Shown: positions 1 through 10,410, numbered from the stretch's first letter. The stretch: DNA of 64,000 bases from Clostridiaceae bacterium (GCA_018384365.1 JAHAYX010000001.1:101678-165677); one strand, 5' to 3'. Made by a program: numbers and translations. Notes: generated from the letters alone by a model not told the origin.

Positions 1-980
1 AAATCCGCGCCGCCATGCCCATCCTCCGACCTTGCCAGCATGATAATCACGCCGCCCGGCTTCACCGCGGCTTCCGCCGCAGTCATGCCCTTGACCGCCT
101 GATAAATATTCTGGTCAAGCGGATAACCGCCGTTGGTCGTCACCACAATGTCGGCAGGTCGCGCGGTCACCCGGCACAGGTCGGAGAGAAACGCACAGCC
201 GGCCTCGTGCGCCTGCTCCATATCCCCCGCCACCACGTGAATGGCTTCTTTCTGTTCATTGATCACAGCATTAACGATAAAGGCCAGCCTGGCTGTGCGC
301 GCGGCCCAAACCATGTCCTCGTGAATCGGATTGCCCCGCAGGATGCCCGTTCGTGCGGCGGGAGACGCAATAAACTCCGAGCAATGATTGGCCAGCACGG
401 TCCGGCGGTTTGCCACACCCGGCAGAACGCTTTTGCGCGATCCGGAATATCCCGCAAAAAAGTGCGGTTCAATAAAACCCTCTGCCACCACGAGATCCGC
501 ATCCATCACCAGGCTGTTCAGCAAGCAGGGGCCTCCGCTGGGCAGCGTTCCAACGTTTCGGAACGAGGCCGTGTCACAGTCATGCACAACAATCCGTTCG
601 CGCGCGGCAATTTCCGCGCCGAATTTGGCCGTCAGTTCCGCCTGCGTCGTGCCGCGGTGGCAGCCGGTCGCAATCAGAATGGTGATCTCCGCATCCGGAT
701 TGCCCCGGCGAAGTTCGCGCAGCATGGGCGGCACAAGCACGCGGCTTGGTACAGGGCGCGTATGGTCGCTGGCCAGCAGGACAATCTTCCGTTTCCCACG
801 CGCCAGTTCCTGCAGCGGCGGCGTGCCAATGGGCGCGGCAAGCGCCCGCTCCACCAGTTCGGCAGGCGGTGCCGCCGGTACATAGTCCTGCAGGCCCGAT
901 GTCAGCACGCCCTGCAGCCGGCTGTCCGGCACATCCAGTGAAAAGTTTGTTTGTCCATAAGGAAGCTTCAAATTCATCAT
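1..980 (-). CDS. LarA-like (DUF2088) nickel-dependent racemase family protein, N-terminal part; ORF runs off the left edge
   Basis: Not in the ORF track because there is no stop in the window. The reverse complement from ATG at 980 reads MMNLKLPYGQTNFSLDVPDSRLQGVL...VLLASDHTRPVPS...ATGCHRGTT. GAGGTG lies just upstream. The listed + strand ORF 15..941 is its antisense shadow. Confidence 0.75.
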   Translation of the reverse strand, partial: MMNLKLPYGQTNFSLDVPDSRLQGVLTSGLQDYVPAAPPAELVERALAAPIGTPPLQELARGKRKIVLLASDHTRPVPSRVLVPPMLRELRRGNPDAEITILIATGCHRGTTQAELTAKFGAEIAARERIVVHDCDTASFRNVGTLPSGGPCLLNSLVMDADLVVAEGFIEPHFFAGYSGSRKSVLPGVANRRTVLANHCSEFIASPAARTGILRGNPIHEDMVWAARTARLAFIVNAVINEQKEAIHVVAGDMEQAHEAGCAFLSDLCRVTARPADIVVTTNGGYPLDQNIYQAVKGMTAAEAAVKPGGVIIMLARSEDGHGGAD

Positions 981-1071
981 GACACCTCGGCATAGTCTCT
1001 CAATTGGCCTTATTATATGCGCGCCGGGTATCCGGAATCAAGGGGCGAGGCAAAAAAGGCGGAAGATTTCA

Positions 1072-1103
1072 ATAAAAAAGCATCCTGCGTCCTTGCAGGA
1101 TGC
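1072..1103 (-). terminator. Rho-independent terminator downstream of copA
   Basis: 9-bp stem GCATCCTGC/GCAGGATGC (1080-1088 / 1095-1103) followed on the minus strand by a T-run (A-run 1074-1079 on +). Confidence 0.8.
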
Positions 1104-1111
1104 TTTCCCTG

Positions 1112-3382
1112 TCACCGGCGTTTTCCGCCATTTAACGGCTTTGGCGTGTACCAACGCAGACGCAGCGCGTTCGACACCACGCAGATGGAGCTGAGCGCCA
1201 TGGCTGCGCCCGCCCAGACGGGATTCAGCAGTCCGCCGCCGAGCGCATAAAATACACCGGCCGCTGCCGGGATGCAGACAGTGTTATAGGCAAAGGCCCA
1301 GAAAAGGTTTTCACGGATATTGCGCATGGATGCCCGGCTGAGCTGGATGGCATCGTATACCTGGCCCAATTCGCCGCGCATCAGCACAACATCCGCCGCG
1401 TCCACGGCAATATCCGCCGCGCGGCCCCGTCCCTCACCAGAGACGGCAATGCCGATATCCGCTTCCGTCAGTGCCGGGGCGTCGTTGATGCCGTCGCCCA
1501 CCATGGCGGTGGGGTTCTCCCGGCGCAGACCGGCCACCGTTTCGGCCTTTTTTCCGGGCAAAACGCCCGCAATCACGCGGGATTCCGGAATTCCGCACTG
1601 CTTTGCCGCGGCACGCGCGGCCATCCGGTTATCACCTGTCAGCATATAGGATTGAATTCCCATTTCCGCAAGGCGTGCCACAAGCGCGCGGCTCTCCGGC
1701 CGCAGTGCATCCGCCGCCGCAAACAGCGCAAAGAGTTTTCCCTCCCGGGCGGCATAGACAACGGTTTTCCCCTCCGCATACAGGCGATTTTCATCTGCCG
1801 CAGCCGCAGAAATGTCGATCCCCCGTTCCTCCATCAGAGAACGCGTGCCAGCCAACAGCAAAACTCCGTCCACCTTTGCCTCCACACCGCGGCCGGGCAG
1901 CGCGGTGAACGCCGTCACCTCATGCCGGGCGACGTCCGCCGCCGCATCGCAAATGGCACGCCCGATGGGATGCTCAGAGCGCATTTCGGCGGCCGCGCAC
2001 AGAGACAGGGCCTCCTCGCGCGAAATACCGTACGGGATAACGTCCGTCAGTCCGGGTTTTCCCAGCGTCAGCGTTCCGGTTTTGTCAAACACAACCGTCC
2101 GGATGCCGGATAGACGTTCCAGCGCCTCGCCGCTTTTGAACAGCACGCCAAGTGCGGCACTGCGTCCTGTTCCTGTCATGACAGAGGCAGGTGTGGCAAG
2201 TCCCAGTGCGCAGGGACAGGCAACCACCAGCACGCCGATGGCAACATTGATGCAGAAATCCGCGCTTTCCCCGGCAATTGCCCAAATAATGGCCGCCAGC
2301 ACTGCCAGGCACATCACAACCGGAACAAAAATGCCCGCAACCTTGTCCGCCAGACGCGCCACCGGCGCCTGACGGCTTTGCGCATCCTCCACAAGCTGGA
2401 TAATGCGGGCCAACACGCTCTCTCCGGCCTCGGCGGTCACGCGGGCGCGGATTGCGCCGTCCAGGTTCTGACTGCCACCGATCACCTCGCTGCCTTCGCT
2501 CTTTTCAACGGGCATACTCTCGCCGGGCAGCATGGATTCGTCGATACCGGTGTGACCCTCCAGCACCACGGCGTCCGCCGGAACGGCTTCACCGGGGCGA
2601 ATCTCAATCTCGTCCCCCACACATAGGCGCGACGCCTCGATATCAAAGACTCCGCCGTCGCGCACCACGTGGGCAAGATTCGGACGCAGCGCCTCCAGTG
2701 CGCGTAAAGCATCGCCTGTGCGGCGTTTAGCGCGTTCCTCCAGATAGCGTCCCAGCATTACAAGCGTAATGACAACCGCCGCCGATTCACAATAAAGGCG
2801 GTGGAGATACATCGGATTACCCAGTGCAATCCTGACGGCCGCATACAGGCTTTCCAGCATCGCGGCCGTTGCTCCTATGGCCACCAGTGTGTCCATATTG
2901 GGACTTCCGGAGAACAGCGACCGATAGCCGCGAATGAAAAAGCTGCGTCCGCACCAAAGCACGACAGATGCCAGGACAAGCTGGATCAGGGCGTTGAGAA
3001 TCGGATAGGTTTGCAAGAGTGCCGGCAGCGGCAGCGTGATCATCGGAAGCATATGGCTGATGTTGAGCAGGAAAACCGGAAATGCGCATACCGCAGCCAC
3101 CACCAGACGACGGAACGAAGTCTTCCGTTCCTTTTCCTCCGCTTCAGCGGCAGAGCGCCGGTCTTCCCGCTCCGGCTCCCGCACGCCATACCCGGCTTTT
3201 TCAATGGCGCTTTGGATTGCCGCAAAATCCAACGTGTTTTCGTCATATCTCAGAGTCATTTTCTCTGTCAACAGGTTCACTTCGCAATAGGACACGCCCT
3301 CGAGCCTGTCCATCGTCCGTTTGACGCGCGCAGAACAGGCCGCACAGCTCATACCTGTCACATCATAAATTCGTTCTACCAT
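1112..3382 (-). CDS. copA: Heavy-metal (copper) translocating P1B-type ATPase
   Basis: N-terminal HMA motif GMSCAACSARV, CPC motif ACPCALGLATP, phosphorylation site DKTGTLT and hinge GDGINDAP. 756 aa. Confidence 0.95.
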   Translation of the reverse strand: MVERIYDVTGMSCAACSARVKRTMDRLEGVSYCEVNLLTEKMTLRYDENTLDFAAIQSAIEKAGYGVREPEREDRRSAAEAEEKERKTSFRRLVVAAVCAFPVFLLNISHMLPMITLPLPALLQTYPILNALIQLVLASVVLWCGRSFFIRGYRSLFSGSPNMDTLVAIGATAAMLESLYAAVRIALGNPMYLHRLYCESAAVVITLVMLGRYLEERAKRRTGDALRALEALRPNLAHVVRDGGVFDIEASRLCVGDEIEIRPGEAVPADAVVLEGHTGIDESMLPGESMPVEKSEGSEVIGGSQNLDGAIRARVTAEAGESVLARIIQLVEDAQSRQAPVARLADKVAGIFVPVVMCLAVLAAIIWAIAGESADFCINVAIGVLVVACPCALGLATPASVMTGTGRSAALGVLFKSGEALERLSGIRTVVFDKTGTLTLGKPGLTDVIPYGISREEALSLCAAAEMRSEHPIGRAICDAAADVARHEVTAFTALPGRGVEAKVDGVLLLAGTRSLMEERGIDISAAAADENRLYAEGKTVVYAAREGKLFALFAAADALRPESRALVARLAEMGIQSYMLTGDNRMAARAAAKQCGIPESRVIAGVLPGKKAETVAGLRRENPTAMVGDGINDAPALTEADIGIAVSGEGRGRAADIAVDAADVVLMRGELGQVYDAIQLSRASMRNIRENLFWAFAYNTVCIPAAAGVFYALGGGLLNPVWAGAAMALSSICVVSNALRLRWYTPKPLNGGKRR

Positions 3383-3533
3383 CGTAAATTTCCTCGTTAT
3401 TCTGTAAATCCACCCGGCAGCCGGCCCGGTCCGTCTGCAAGCAAGCCGCCATTCGCACGAGTTTCTGACTTATGTCTATATTCTAACAGAGCAGTTAGTC
3501 CTATGCAACAGACAGATTTCCTAATTCATTGCG

Positions 3534-4532
3534 CTACTTTAATGTATTCATCAGTGCTTTTGCAAACAATTCCGCACCATAGAGTGCCTCTCCAAGCGTA
3601 TTGCCGGAGGCTCCGACCTCCACGATCAACGCGCCCGGCGAAACGTGCTGATTAAAGCGCGAACTGCGCAGATTCACCGGGCGCATCAGGCCCGGATACA
3701 GTGCATCGGCAGCGCTTTGAATGTCCAGCGCAAAGGCAAGGTTTTGCTCCCAGTCATCGTGCGGCAGTCCGCCTTCGTTGGTACCGACGACCAGCATCAC
3801 CTGCGCCGCGCTTTTTCCGTCGATGACGGTGCTCGCGGCAAAACGGCTGCCGTCCTCATAAATCACCGCATCCCGATGGATATCCAGTACCACGCGGATG
3901 GAGGGATATTCCGCCAGGTAAAGCTCGATAATCTCAAGCATCCGGGAATAGGAGCCGCTGTAAGAAGGATAGTCATTGAGCGTTTTGTCATGGATCACGG
4001 AAATACCGGCATCCTTCAAAAGCTGCTCGACGCGGTTTCCCACCGCAACCACATTGAATTGTTCATTCAGCGTGCGGTCGTTGTCGTCCTGCACATAGCT
4101 GTACTCCTCGTCCGGTGTATAGGCTTCGCTTGTATGGGTATGTACGATGAGCACCTGCGGCTCTTCGCTGTCCTTTATGCTGACGCCGCTGGCCTCCAGT
4201 GCATCCAGATCGAGCAGGAAGGAAGTATCGTTGCGAATTTCCGGGGTATACGGCGGTTTGTCGTCCGCCGTATGCGTATCCCGACCGAAAAGATTGGCGG
4301 ATTCGGCGGGAGTGTCCGTTCTTTTCGCTTCCCCGCAATCGCTGCCTACCGGCGCGCTTTCCGCCATGGTGAATACCACTTCCCTTGCAAGCAGCCAGGA
4401 TGCAGCGGCATCCAGCACGCCATGTATGCTGCCGAATTTGCCGTGGGCAGCAATTGCGCCCACGGCAAGCAAGGCCAGGCAGGCTTTCCCAACAAAGGGA
4501 CGTGCCCTTCTGCGTTTTCTCCATCTTCTCAT
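3534..4532 (-). CDS. spoIIP: Stage II sporulation protein P (SpoIIP family)
   Basis: N-terminal membrane anchor, VLIVHTHTSEAYT motif and VLDIHRDA typical of SpoIIP amidase/endopeptidase. GGAGGA SD. Confidence 0.85.
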   Translation of the reverse strand: MRRWRKRRRARPFVGKACLALLAVGAIAAHGKFGSIHGVLDAAASWLLAREVVFTMAESAPVGSDCGEAKRTDTPAESANLFGRDTHTADDKPPYTPEIRNDTSFLLDLDALEASGVSIKDSEEPQVLIVHTHTSEAYTPDEEYSYVQDDNDRTLNEQFNVVAVGNRVEQLLKDAGISVIHDKTLNDYPSYSGSYSRMLEIIELYLAEYPSIRVVLDIHRDAVIYEDGSRFAASTVIDGKSAAQVMLVVGTNEGGLPHDDWEQNLAFALDIQSAADALYPGLMRPVNLRSSRFNQHVSPGALIVEVGASGNTLGEALYGAELFAKALMNTLK

Positions 4533-4591
4533 CTGTGTTCCTCCGCAAAGGTTGCTGTCTCATCTATATGCGAAGGAAACCACTGCTATGC

Positions 4592-5491
4592 TCAGGAAAG
4601 ATACAGATCGATGTCCTCAATGGACAGATTCTCATGCAGCGCCAGATTCAGCGCATAGCCAAGCAGCTTGGAAACGTCGGCCACGCGTGCGTCAATGTCC
4701 TTTGGCGTGACTATCATGCCCGCCGAGGCAGCGCGCAGGCGTTCTTCCTCCACGTCATCCATACCGGCGCCGCGCAGCGTATCCAGCGTCAGGGTGAGCG
4801 AATCCACAACCGTCGGGACGCCAACGGCAAGCACCGGGACGCCAAAGGTATCCCGGTTCACAGGCGCGCTGTCGCCGCCCAAACCGGAGCCGGGCGCCAG
4901 GCCGGTATCCGAGATCTGCACGGTGCGGCACACGCGTGCCATCCGGCGAGATGCCAGCGCATCCACCACGATCATCGCGCTGGGCTGCATATGTTCCGCG
5001 ATGCCGCGCAGAATTTCCACCGTTTCGATGCCTGTGGAACCCAGCACGCCGGGGCTTACCGCGGCGACGGAGCGAAATCCGCCGAAATATTCCGGCATCC
5101 GCGCAATCATGTGGCGCGTTGCCATCGTGCTGCGCACCGTCAGCGGACCCACGGCGTCCGGCGTAATGCGTTCGTTGCCAATGCCCGCCACAAGCACGGC
5201 TGCATCCTTTCCTTCGGGCAGCAGAGGACGCAGTTCGTCCGCCAGCGCGCGGCAGGCGCGCGGGAAGGCGTTTTCCTCGCGGCGGATGAAGCCGTCCAGT
5301 TCCACCGTAACGTAGCTGCCGCAGGGTTTTCCGATCAGCGCGGCGCCGTCATTCGTTGTGATGTCCACTTTTGTCACGACATAGCCCTCGCGGCGGTAGG
5401 TTTTTGACCGGACACCGTCCGGCTCTCCGGCTTCCGGCATACTCTCGCGGTATAGTTCCGCAGCCTCCGCCGCCAGATCTGTGCGAATCAT
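4592..5491 (-). CDS. gpr: Spore germination protease GPR
   Basis: MIRTDLAAEA... N-terminus and GVPTVVD motif typical of GPR. Start moved to M11 of the listed ORF (GGGAGG SD upstream). Confidence 0.85.
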   Translation of the reverse strand: MIRTDLAAEAAELYRESMPEAGEPDGVRSKTYRREGYVVTKVDITTNDGAALIGKPCGSYVTVELDGFIRREENAFPRACRALADELRPLLPEGKDAAVLVAGIGNERITPDAVGPLTVRSTMATRHMIARMPEYFGGFRSVAAVSPGVLGSTGIETVEILRGIAEHMQPSAMIVVDALASRRMARVCRTVQISDTGLAPGSGLGGDSAPVNRDTFGVPVLAVGVPTVVDSLTLTLDTLRGAGMDDVEEERLRAASAGMIVTPKDIDARVADVSKLLGYALNLALHENLSIEDIDLYLS

Positions 5492-5611
5492 AAAAAAACA
5501 ACCTCCCATGGATAAAGTCATCCCATGGAAGGTAGTTTTTGCGTGATTCCGGCCGGAGATACAGGAAATATCTTCTGCGCATCCCGTCCGTCGATTCCCT
5601 TTTTTGTTTTT

Positions 5612-6253
5612 TCAGCGGAACACCTGCAGATCCTCCGTGAAAACCTCGCGGCGCAGATAGCTTGTGTAACTTGCCGTGACGCCGCAATACTTTTCGATTG
5701 CCGCGATCACGTATTCCGGGTTCAGGCTTTCATTTCCCGCGGCAACTTTCACGCGGATGAGGATGCCGTCACCCTGCGGCTCGGCCCGGAAGCCGCGCAG
5801 GAGCGGCAGGATATTCGTTTCACTCTCGCCGCGCTTCGTGCGTTTTGTGATCACCAGGGCGTCGCGCGAAAAAAGTTCTGTCAGCGCTTCCGGCGTCACG
5901 TCCATTTCCGTGTAAATTTCATATGCGGCATAACGGATCAGCCTCGCCGGTGTGTGCGACTCGCTGACGCCTGTTACGCAGATACCGGCCGGCAGCGCAC
6001 GGTTCAGCTTATAGAGGAAATTGTCCGGCAGGCGCGGCGCGTCCAGTTCAAAGTCCAGCAGTTCGCAGACGCTTTCAAACCCCGTCGAAAGCGGCAGGAG
6101 TATCGTGATGGCAGGATGCGGATGAAAGCCCTTGGAAAACCCAAGCGGCACATCCGCGCGCGCAAACGCACGGCGGAACACCTGCATCAGGTCCAAATGC
6201 GAAATATAGCGCGCGGTGCCGCGCTTTTCAAAAAGCAGACGCAGTTCAGACAT
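5612..6253 (-). CDS. Radical SAM-associated protein (DUF2344 / TIGR03936-like)
   Basis: MSELRLLFEKRGTARYISHLDLMQVFRRAF N-terminus. It lies immediately downstream of, and overlaps by 8 nt, its usual B12-binding radical SAM partner. Confidence 0.8.
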   Translation of the reverse strand: MSELRLLFEKRGTARYISHLDLMQVFRRAFARADVPLGFSKGFHPHPAITILLPLSTGFESVCELLDFELDAPRLPDNFLYKLNRALPAGICVTGVSESHTPARLIRYAAYEIYTEMDVTPEALTELFSRDALVITKRTKRGESETNILPLLRGFRAEPQGDGILIRVKVAAGNESLNPEYVIAAIEKYCGVTASYTSYLRREVFTEDLQVFR

Positions 6254-8081
6254 CGCAGATTCCCCCTTCCAGCAGTTCCAGCGCACCGCAGCCCGCGCAG
6301 CCTGCGCGGCAGTCCTCGGACGCAAGGCCGGAGTGTGCGCGCAGATTCTCCATCATAAGATGCTCGCGCGTAACGCCGTTATAAATATGCTCCCACGGCA
6401 GCGCCTCATCAAAGGAACGCGCGCGGTTGGCGTAATACGCCATATCCACGCCGCAGGCTTCAAACGCCTCCTGCCACAAATCCATACGCAGCTGATCGTC
6501 CCAACCGTCAAACCGGCAGCCGCGGCGCCACGCATCATAAATCACCGCACAAAGGCGGCGGTCACCCCGGGCAAACACGCCTTCGAGATGGCTGGTGATG
6601 GGATCATGCCAGTTGAAGTCTACATTTTTGATGCGCATGATGCCCTTCATGTATTCCTGCTTTTCGCGCAGCTGTTCTACGGTGTCCATCGGCTCCCACT
6701 GGAACGGCGTGCCGGGTTTTGGTACGAAACAGGCCACGCTGGCCGTCACGCGCACACCGCGCGCCCGGTTATCGGAGGTTTTGCGCCATACATCCACAAC
6801 GCCGCGGGCGATTTTCGCAATACCGTCCAGATCTTCCAGTGTTTCCGTCGGCAGACCCATCATATAATAGAGTTTTACGCTGTTCCAGCCGTTTGCAAAG
6901 GCCAGACCGCAGGCATTATACAGATCCTCTTCGCGGATATTCTTATTGATGACGTCGCGCAGGCGCTGCGTGCCCGCCTCCGGCGCGAAGGTCAGGCCGG
7001 TGCGGCGCACTTTTTCCAGTCTCTGCGCCAGTTCCACGGAGAACTTGTCTGCGCGCTGGGAGGGCAGTGCCAGGCTGATGTGCCGCTTGGCGCACCAGTC
7101 GATCAGACCGTCGCACAGTTCGTCGAGCTTGCGATAGTCGGTTGTCGAAAGGCTCGTCAGCGAAATTTCATCGTAACCCGTATTTTCCGCCTGGGTGATA
7201 CCCTGACGGATCAGCGTTTCCGGGCTTTTTTCACGGATCGGGCGGAATGTATGCCCTGCCTGACAGAAACGGCAGCCGCGGATGCAGCCGCGCATCACTT
7301 CCAGCATCACGCGGTCATGCACCACTTCCGTGGAAGGGACAACCGGGCAATCCGGATAATATGCCTTGTCAAGGTCTTTCACGATACGCTTTACGATACG
7401 CGCCGGCGCACCGTCCGACGGGGTAATACCGGTAAAGTTGCCGTCCTTGTCATAGTGCGGCGTGTAAAGCGCAGGGACGTAACAGCCGCCAATCTGCGCG
7501 GCAGCCGCCAGGAAGCGGTGCTTGTCCCAATTCTCGCGTTTTGCCGTGCGGTAAAGGTCGAACAGTTCCAGGGAAACCTCCTCGCCCTCTCCGATAACGA
7601 ACACGTCCACAAAATCGGCCAGCGGTTCCGGATTTGCCGTGCAGCAGCCGCCTGCGATGACGAGATGACGGAGTCCCTCGCGCTCCGCGGCGCGCACCGG
7701 AATCCCGGCGAGATCGAGCATATTCAAAACGTTGGTAAAGCTGAGTTCATATTGCAGCGTAAAGGCTATGATGTCAAACGCGTCCAGACCGTCGCCGCTT
7801 TCCAGTGCGTAAAGCGGCAGATGCGCCGCACGCAGTTCCTCCTCCATATCCGGCCACGGCGCAAAACAGCGTTCGCACCAGCAATAGTCGATGGAGTTAT
7901 ACAGGCCGTACAGAATTTTCATGCCCAGATGCGACATGCCAACCTCGTATACATCCGGGAAACAGAACGCCACGCGCAGATCAACCGATGCTTTGTCCTT
8001 GATTACCTGCGCGAATTCGCCGCCCGCATACCGCGCGGGTTTTCGCACGCGCGGCAAAATCTTTTCCAGCTCTTTGAGCAT
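6246..8081 (-). CDS. B12-binding-domain radical SAM protein (TIGR03960-like)
   Basis: N-terminus LEKILPRVRKPARYAGGE, radical SAM cysteine motif CIRGCRFC. 611 aa. Confidence 0.85.
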   Translation of the reverse strand: MLKELEKILPRVRKPARYAGGEFAQVIKDKASVDLRVAFCFPDVYEVGMSHLGMKILYGLYNSIDYCWCERCFAPWPDMEEELRAAHLPLYALESGDGLDAFDIIAFTLQYELSFTNVLNMLDLAGIPVRAAEREGLRHLVIAGGCCTANPEPLADFVDVFVIGEGEEVSLELFDLYRTAKRENWDKHRFLAAAAQIGGCYVPALYTPHYDKDGNFTGITPSDGAPARIVKRIVKDLDKAYYPDCPVVPSTEVVHDRVMLEVMRGCIRGCRFCQAGHTFRPIREKSPETLIRQGITQAENTGYDEISLTSLSTTDYRKLDELCDGLIDWCAKRHISLALPSQRADKFSVELAQRLEKVRRTGLTFAPEAGTQRLRDVINKNIREEDLYNACGLAFANGWNSVKLYYMMGLPTETLEDLDGIAKIARGVVDVWRKTSDNRARGVRVTASVACFVPKPGTPFQWEPMDTVEQLREKQEYMKGIMRIKNVDFNWHDPITSHLEGVFARGDRRLCAVIYDAWRRGCRFDGWDDQLRMDLWQEAFEACGVDMAYYANRARSFDEALPWEHIYNGVTREHLMMENLRAHSGLASEDCRAGCAGCGALELLEGGICDV

Positions 8082-8649
8082 AAGTACCTCCGAGTATCAG
8101 GCTGCCAACAGCCAATATACTGATATTATACCGCGTTTTCAGCAGAATGTACACCCCCAGCGCGGTAATTGCCGTGCCGGTCAGCAGGGATAGCGCGCGC
8201 GTGACGGCAAACGCGCGGTGTTCGTCCGTGATTTGCGCCAGAATCGCATAAAGTGTACGTCCGCCGTCCAGCGGCAGCGCCGGGAGCAGGTGAAACAGGC
8301 CGATCAGCAGGTTCACGCCGGACGCCAGTGTCAGATTGTGCAGCTGCGGCAGATATTTTGCCGCCACCGAAAGCAGAAAAGCCGCCATCAGGTTCGCAGC
8401 CGTGCCGCCTGCGGCGATTGCCGCATCACACGGGTAGCTCAGCATGGCGTCGAAATGCAGGCAAAAGCCAAACGGCGCAAACGTGAAAGCGCGGATGCGG
8501 CTACCGCAGGCATATACGGCGGCCACGTGACCCAGTTCATGCCAAAGCGCCGCTGCCGCAAAGTACGGGAACAGTCCTTCGGTATCCAGCGCGTAGGCCA
8601 GCGCCAGAAGCAGGATCGTCCCCAGTCCGCACAGTCTTTTTCGCACCAT
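7981..8649 (-). CDS. M50 family (site-2 protease-like) membrane metallopeptidase
   Basis: HELGH zinc motif, the second motif NLLIGLFHLLPALPLDGG and multiple TM segments. Start set at MVRKRL (AAAGAGGTGAG SD). The 3' end overlaps the next gene by about 100 nt. Confidence 0.75.
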   Translation of the reverse strand: MVRKRLCGLGTILLLALAYALDTEGLFPYFAAAALWHELGHVAAVYACGSRIRAFTFAPFGFCLHFDAMLSYPCDAAIAAGGTAANLMAAFLLSVAAKYLPQLHNLTLASGVNLLIGLFHLLPALPLDGGRTLYAILAQITDEHRAFAVTRALSLLTGTAITALGVYILLKTRYNISILAVGSLILGGTYAQRAGKDFAARAKTRAVCGRRIRAGNQGQSIG

Positions 8650-8761
8650 TCTCACCTCTTTCGGCTGTTGACCGTTTCCCCGGCCTGTTTTATAATGAAA
8701 GCAGCCTGTGCCGGCACTCCCTTTGCACGCACGGGCAGACAATTACGCAGGAGGCAAACTC

Positions 8762-10123
8762 ATGGAAATCCCGCAGGCCTTTCTCGAAACGATGCGCGGT
8801 CTTCTCGGGGCGGAATATTCCGCCTTTGAAGCCGCTTTTTTACAGCAGCCGCCCGTGCGCGGGCTGCGTGTGAATACACTGAAGCTCCCGGCGGAGGAAT
8901 TCGCCGCCATATCGCCGTATCCGCTCATGCCATCTCCGCTCTGCCGGGATGGATTCATCCTGCACAGCGACGACCGCGTCGGCCTGCACCCCTTCCATCA
9001 CGCAGGGCTTTTTTATATGCAGGAGCCGTCCGCTTCCTCGGTGATCGAAGCGCTGGATCCCTCACCCGGCATGACGGTGCTGGACCTCTGTGCCGCGCCC
9101 GGCGGCAAATCCACGCATCTGGCCGCGCGGCTCGGCGGACAGGGCGTGCTGGTTTCAAACGAATGTGTATCCTCGCGCCTACGGCCGCTGTGCTCCAATC
9201 TGGAGCGGATCGGTGCACGGAACGCGGTCGTTACCTCCGCCATGCCCGATGTCCTTGCCGATGCCTTTGGTCCCTGCTTTGATGCGGTGGTTGTCGATGC
9301 GCCCTGCTCCGGCGAAGGCATGTTCCGGCGCGATGAAGAAGCCGTGCGGCAATGGTCGCCCGAACACGCGGCGGGCTGCGCGGCACGTCAGGCGTTGATT
9401 CTTTCCGATGCAGCACGTATGGTGCGCGCCGGAGGCACGCTGATGTACTCCACCTGCACGCTGAATCTTGACGAAAACGAGCGGATGATCGACCGTTTTC
9501 TGACCGATCACCCCGATTTTGTGCTGGAACCGATTTCCGCCGTTCGGCTCCCCGCCGCTTTCGGTGCGGAAATCGGCGTCCGCGCAGAGCTTTCACGCGC
9601 CGCGCGCCTGATGCCGCACACGGTGCCGGGCGAAGGGCACTTTGTGGCCCGTCTGCACCGCCGCGACGGCGACACGACCCAGCTGCCGCTGATCGCCGGT
9701 ACGCCCTTGAAAGGCGAACAGGACGCGCTGTTCCGCGATTTCTGGCGCGCGCTGTTCCGGGAAGAACCGTGGTACGAGCCGGTGCTCCGTGGGGACACCG
9801 TATGGCTAGCGCCGGGCGGTCTGGAAGGTGCGGTCCGTGCCGGCGTGCCCGCCGGTCATTTCCTGCGCGGCCGGTTCGAGCCGGATCACGCCCTGTTTAC
9901 GGCCATGCCGGCACAGGAGATCGGCAGCCGCGTTTCCCTTTCCGCCGACGATCCGCGCATCGCGGCGTTCCTGCGCGGCGAGCAGATCAGCGCCGCAGCG
10001 GAAAAGGGCTGGTGTGCCGTCTGCGTGTCTGCGGGAGGCCGCGACTATCCCCTCGGATTTGGCAAGGCCTCCGGCGGCGTGGTGAAAAACCACTATCCGA
10101 AGGGTTTGCGGAATTTCAAGTGA
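8762..10123 (+). CDS. RsmB/RsmF (NOL1/NOP2/Sun) family RNA cytosine-C5 methyltransferase
   Basis: SAM-binding LDLCAAPGGKS and catalytic DAPCSGEGMFRR and TCT motifs. Start at MEIPQAF after an AGGAGG SD. Confidence 0.85.
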   Translation: MEIPQAFLETMRGLLGAEYSAFEAAFLQQPPVRGLRVNTLKLPAEEFAAISPYPLMPSPLCRDGFILHSDDRVGLHPFHHAGLFYMQEPSASSVIEALDPSPGMTVLDLCAAPGGKSTHLAARLGGQGVLVSNECVSSRLRPLCSNLERIGARNAVVTSAMPDVLADAFGPCFDAVVVDAPCSGEGMFRRDEEAVRQWSPEHAAGCAARQALILSDAARMVRAGGTLMYSTCTLNLDENERMIDRFLTDHPDFVLEPISAVRLPAAFGAEIGVRAELSRAARLMPHTVPGEGHFVARLHRRDGDTTQLPLIAGTPLKGEQDALFRDFWRALFREEPWYEPVLRGDTVWLAPGGLEGAVRAGVPAGHFLRGRFEPDHALFTAMPAQEIGSRVSLSADDPRIAAFLRGEQISAAAEKGWCAVCVSAGGRDYPLGFGKASGGVVKNHYPKGLRNFK

Positions 10124-10204
10124 ATTTTACGAAAGATGCAGCAACTGTATCCTCTTTCACAGGCAATTTGCTATACAAGGCGCTATTTTCCTTCTCGATT
10201 TTTA

Positions 10205-10233
10205 TAGCATTTTCATATAGTATGTGTTATAAT
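10205..10233 (+). promoter_or_regulatory. Possible extended -10 promoter for the nfeD-floA operon
   Basis: TGtTATAAT at 10225-10233, with a weak -35 TAGCAT 17 nt upstream. About 180 nt leader to nfeD. Confidence 0.35.
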
Positions 10234-10410
10234 ATGGATGAAGGATGAGTAGAGGACTCCTTCCAAAACTCACTTGCCCGAACGGAGGTGGCGCCGATGG
10301 TTTTTGCAGCAGGATCTTCTGATCCGTCAATCCCTGTTCCGGCTGCTGCTGCAGTCCGGGAGTTTCGCACGCACAAACCCGTTTTCCTTTTCAAAAGGAG
10401 TTGAATTCTG

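Noticed and set aside
15-941. 308-aa + strand ORF at the left edge
   Set aside because: It has an arginine-rich, nonsense-like sequence. The opposite strand encodes a clean LarA-like N-terminus starting at 980, which is unlisted only because it has no stop in the window.
6216-8123. 635-aa + strand ORF
   Set aside because: It is antisense to the radical SAM gene, whose product has canonical motifs. The + strand product has no motifs and an R/A/H-rich composition.
10297-10404. 35-aa ORF (MVFAAGSSDPSIPVPAAAAVREFRTHKPVFLFKRS) with a GGAGGTG SD in the nfeD leader
   Set aside because: It may be a leader peptide, but the composition is alanine/proline-rich and low in information, and conservation cannot be tested here. 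It was not called as a feature.
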